Position numbers and translations under genes: made by a program. From contig CM060731.1 in NCBI GenBank assembly GCA_030704615.1, positions 40,982,001 to 41,046,000 of the forward strand: a DNA stretch of 64,000 nt. The letters run 5' to 3'. Every line of letters begins with the position of its first letter. Position 1 is the first letter of the stretch. Under the pieces are notes generated by a model, which searched no databases, was not told the origin of the DNA, and was given only the letters and a program-made list of their open reading frames with translations. The DNA comes from Takakia lepidozioides. Its lineage: Eukaryota; Plantae; Bryophyta. This document shows, piece by piece, positions 63,520 to 64,000 of the stretch.

Positions 63520-64000
63520 CGCTTAATGTCCTTTACCTGCGAACATTCCTTGTGTGTAGCCCTGCTGGATATCAACTGTTCCAGAGCCATTTTGGGCTCT
63601 AACCTCCCAGGGCATGGAGAAAGTTGCCATACATGCCATAGTTCTTGCACACAGCCGGCGACAATCTGATACGGGGTATGTAGTATCTGTGGTGAATAGT
63701 GAGTTTGAGCTAGCTGGAAATTGATGTGACAAGTATGACCATGTGAACTGATACTCTCGGTTATACTGTCAAGGACAAGGCAGAGAAAGGGGGACTCTCA
63801 CTCCATGATATATGTCTCACCAGGTTCACCGGAAAGCGTAAAGGGGGGGGCATGCAATCATCTTGTGAAGGGGTGTCCAGGCATTTCTTGTCTAGCTCTT
63901 CGCAACTACTTGATAGCAGATCATAGAGCAAATATACTTTTGAAGGTACGTCATGAACAATGTGTTGTGTTTTATTTGTAATCCTCAACCCACGCCCAAT

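Overview
Eukaryotic nuclear DNA from a land plant, most likely a non-seed plant (inferred from PLS-type PPR debris, an RTEX-like LINE and a Tcn1-like chromovirus). Left to right: two intronless tandem SDR genes (804-1568, 5539-6303) flank a telo-box-associated non-coding locus. That locus holds a 306-bp x3 repeat, and each unit carries a dual-guide box C/D snoRNA complementary to conserved LSU rRNA methylation sites. Next come a third-copy SDR remnant, a tRNA-derived SINE and a 3-exon LEA-like gene with ABRE/CE3-like motifs. A ~28-kb retrotransposon nest (12.0-40.1 kb) follows. It contains a copia remnant, a self-nested Tcn1-like chromovirus, a full-length Galadriel-like chromovirus with TSD, and an Athila/Tat-like element with a long extra ORF. 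Inserted in the Tcn1-like pol is a 4.5-kb non-autonomous CACTA element (TIRs plus 3-bp TSD) packed with captured, shuffled PPR motifs and an ABCC transporter intron-exon piece. After the nest lie a 6-exon non-RD GUB_WAK-type receptor kinase, a mosaic of LINE/SINE/PPR pseudogene debris, a 9x CCHC zinc-knuckle gene with an ALY-like N-terminal motif, and the divergent 5' part of an F-box (SKIP17-like) gene. Exon coordinates were derived by hand from GT-AG sites and frame continuity. Family names are from memory, not from database searches.
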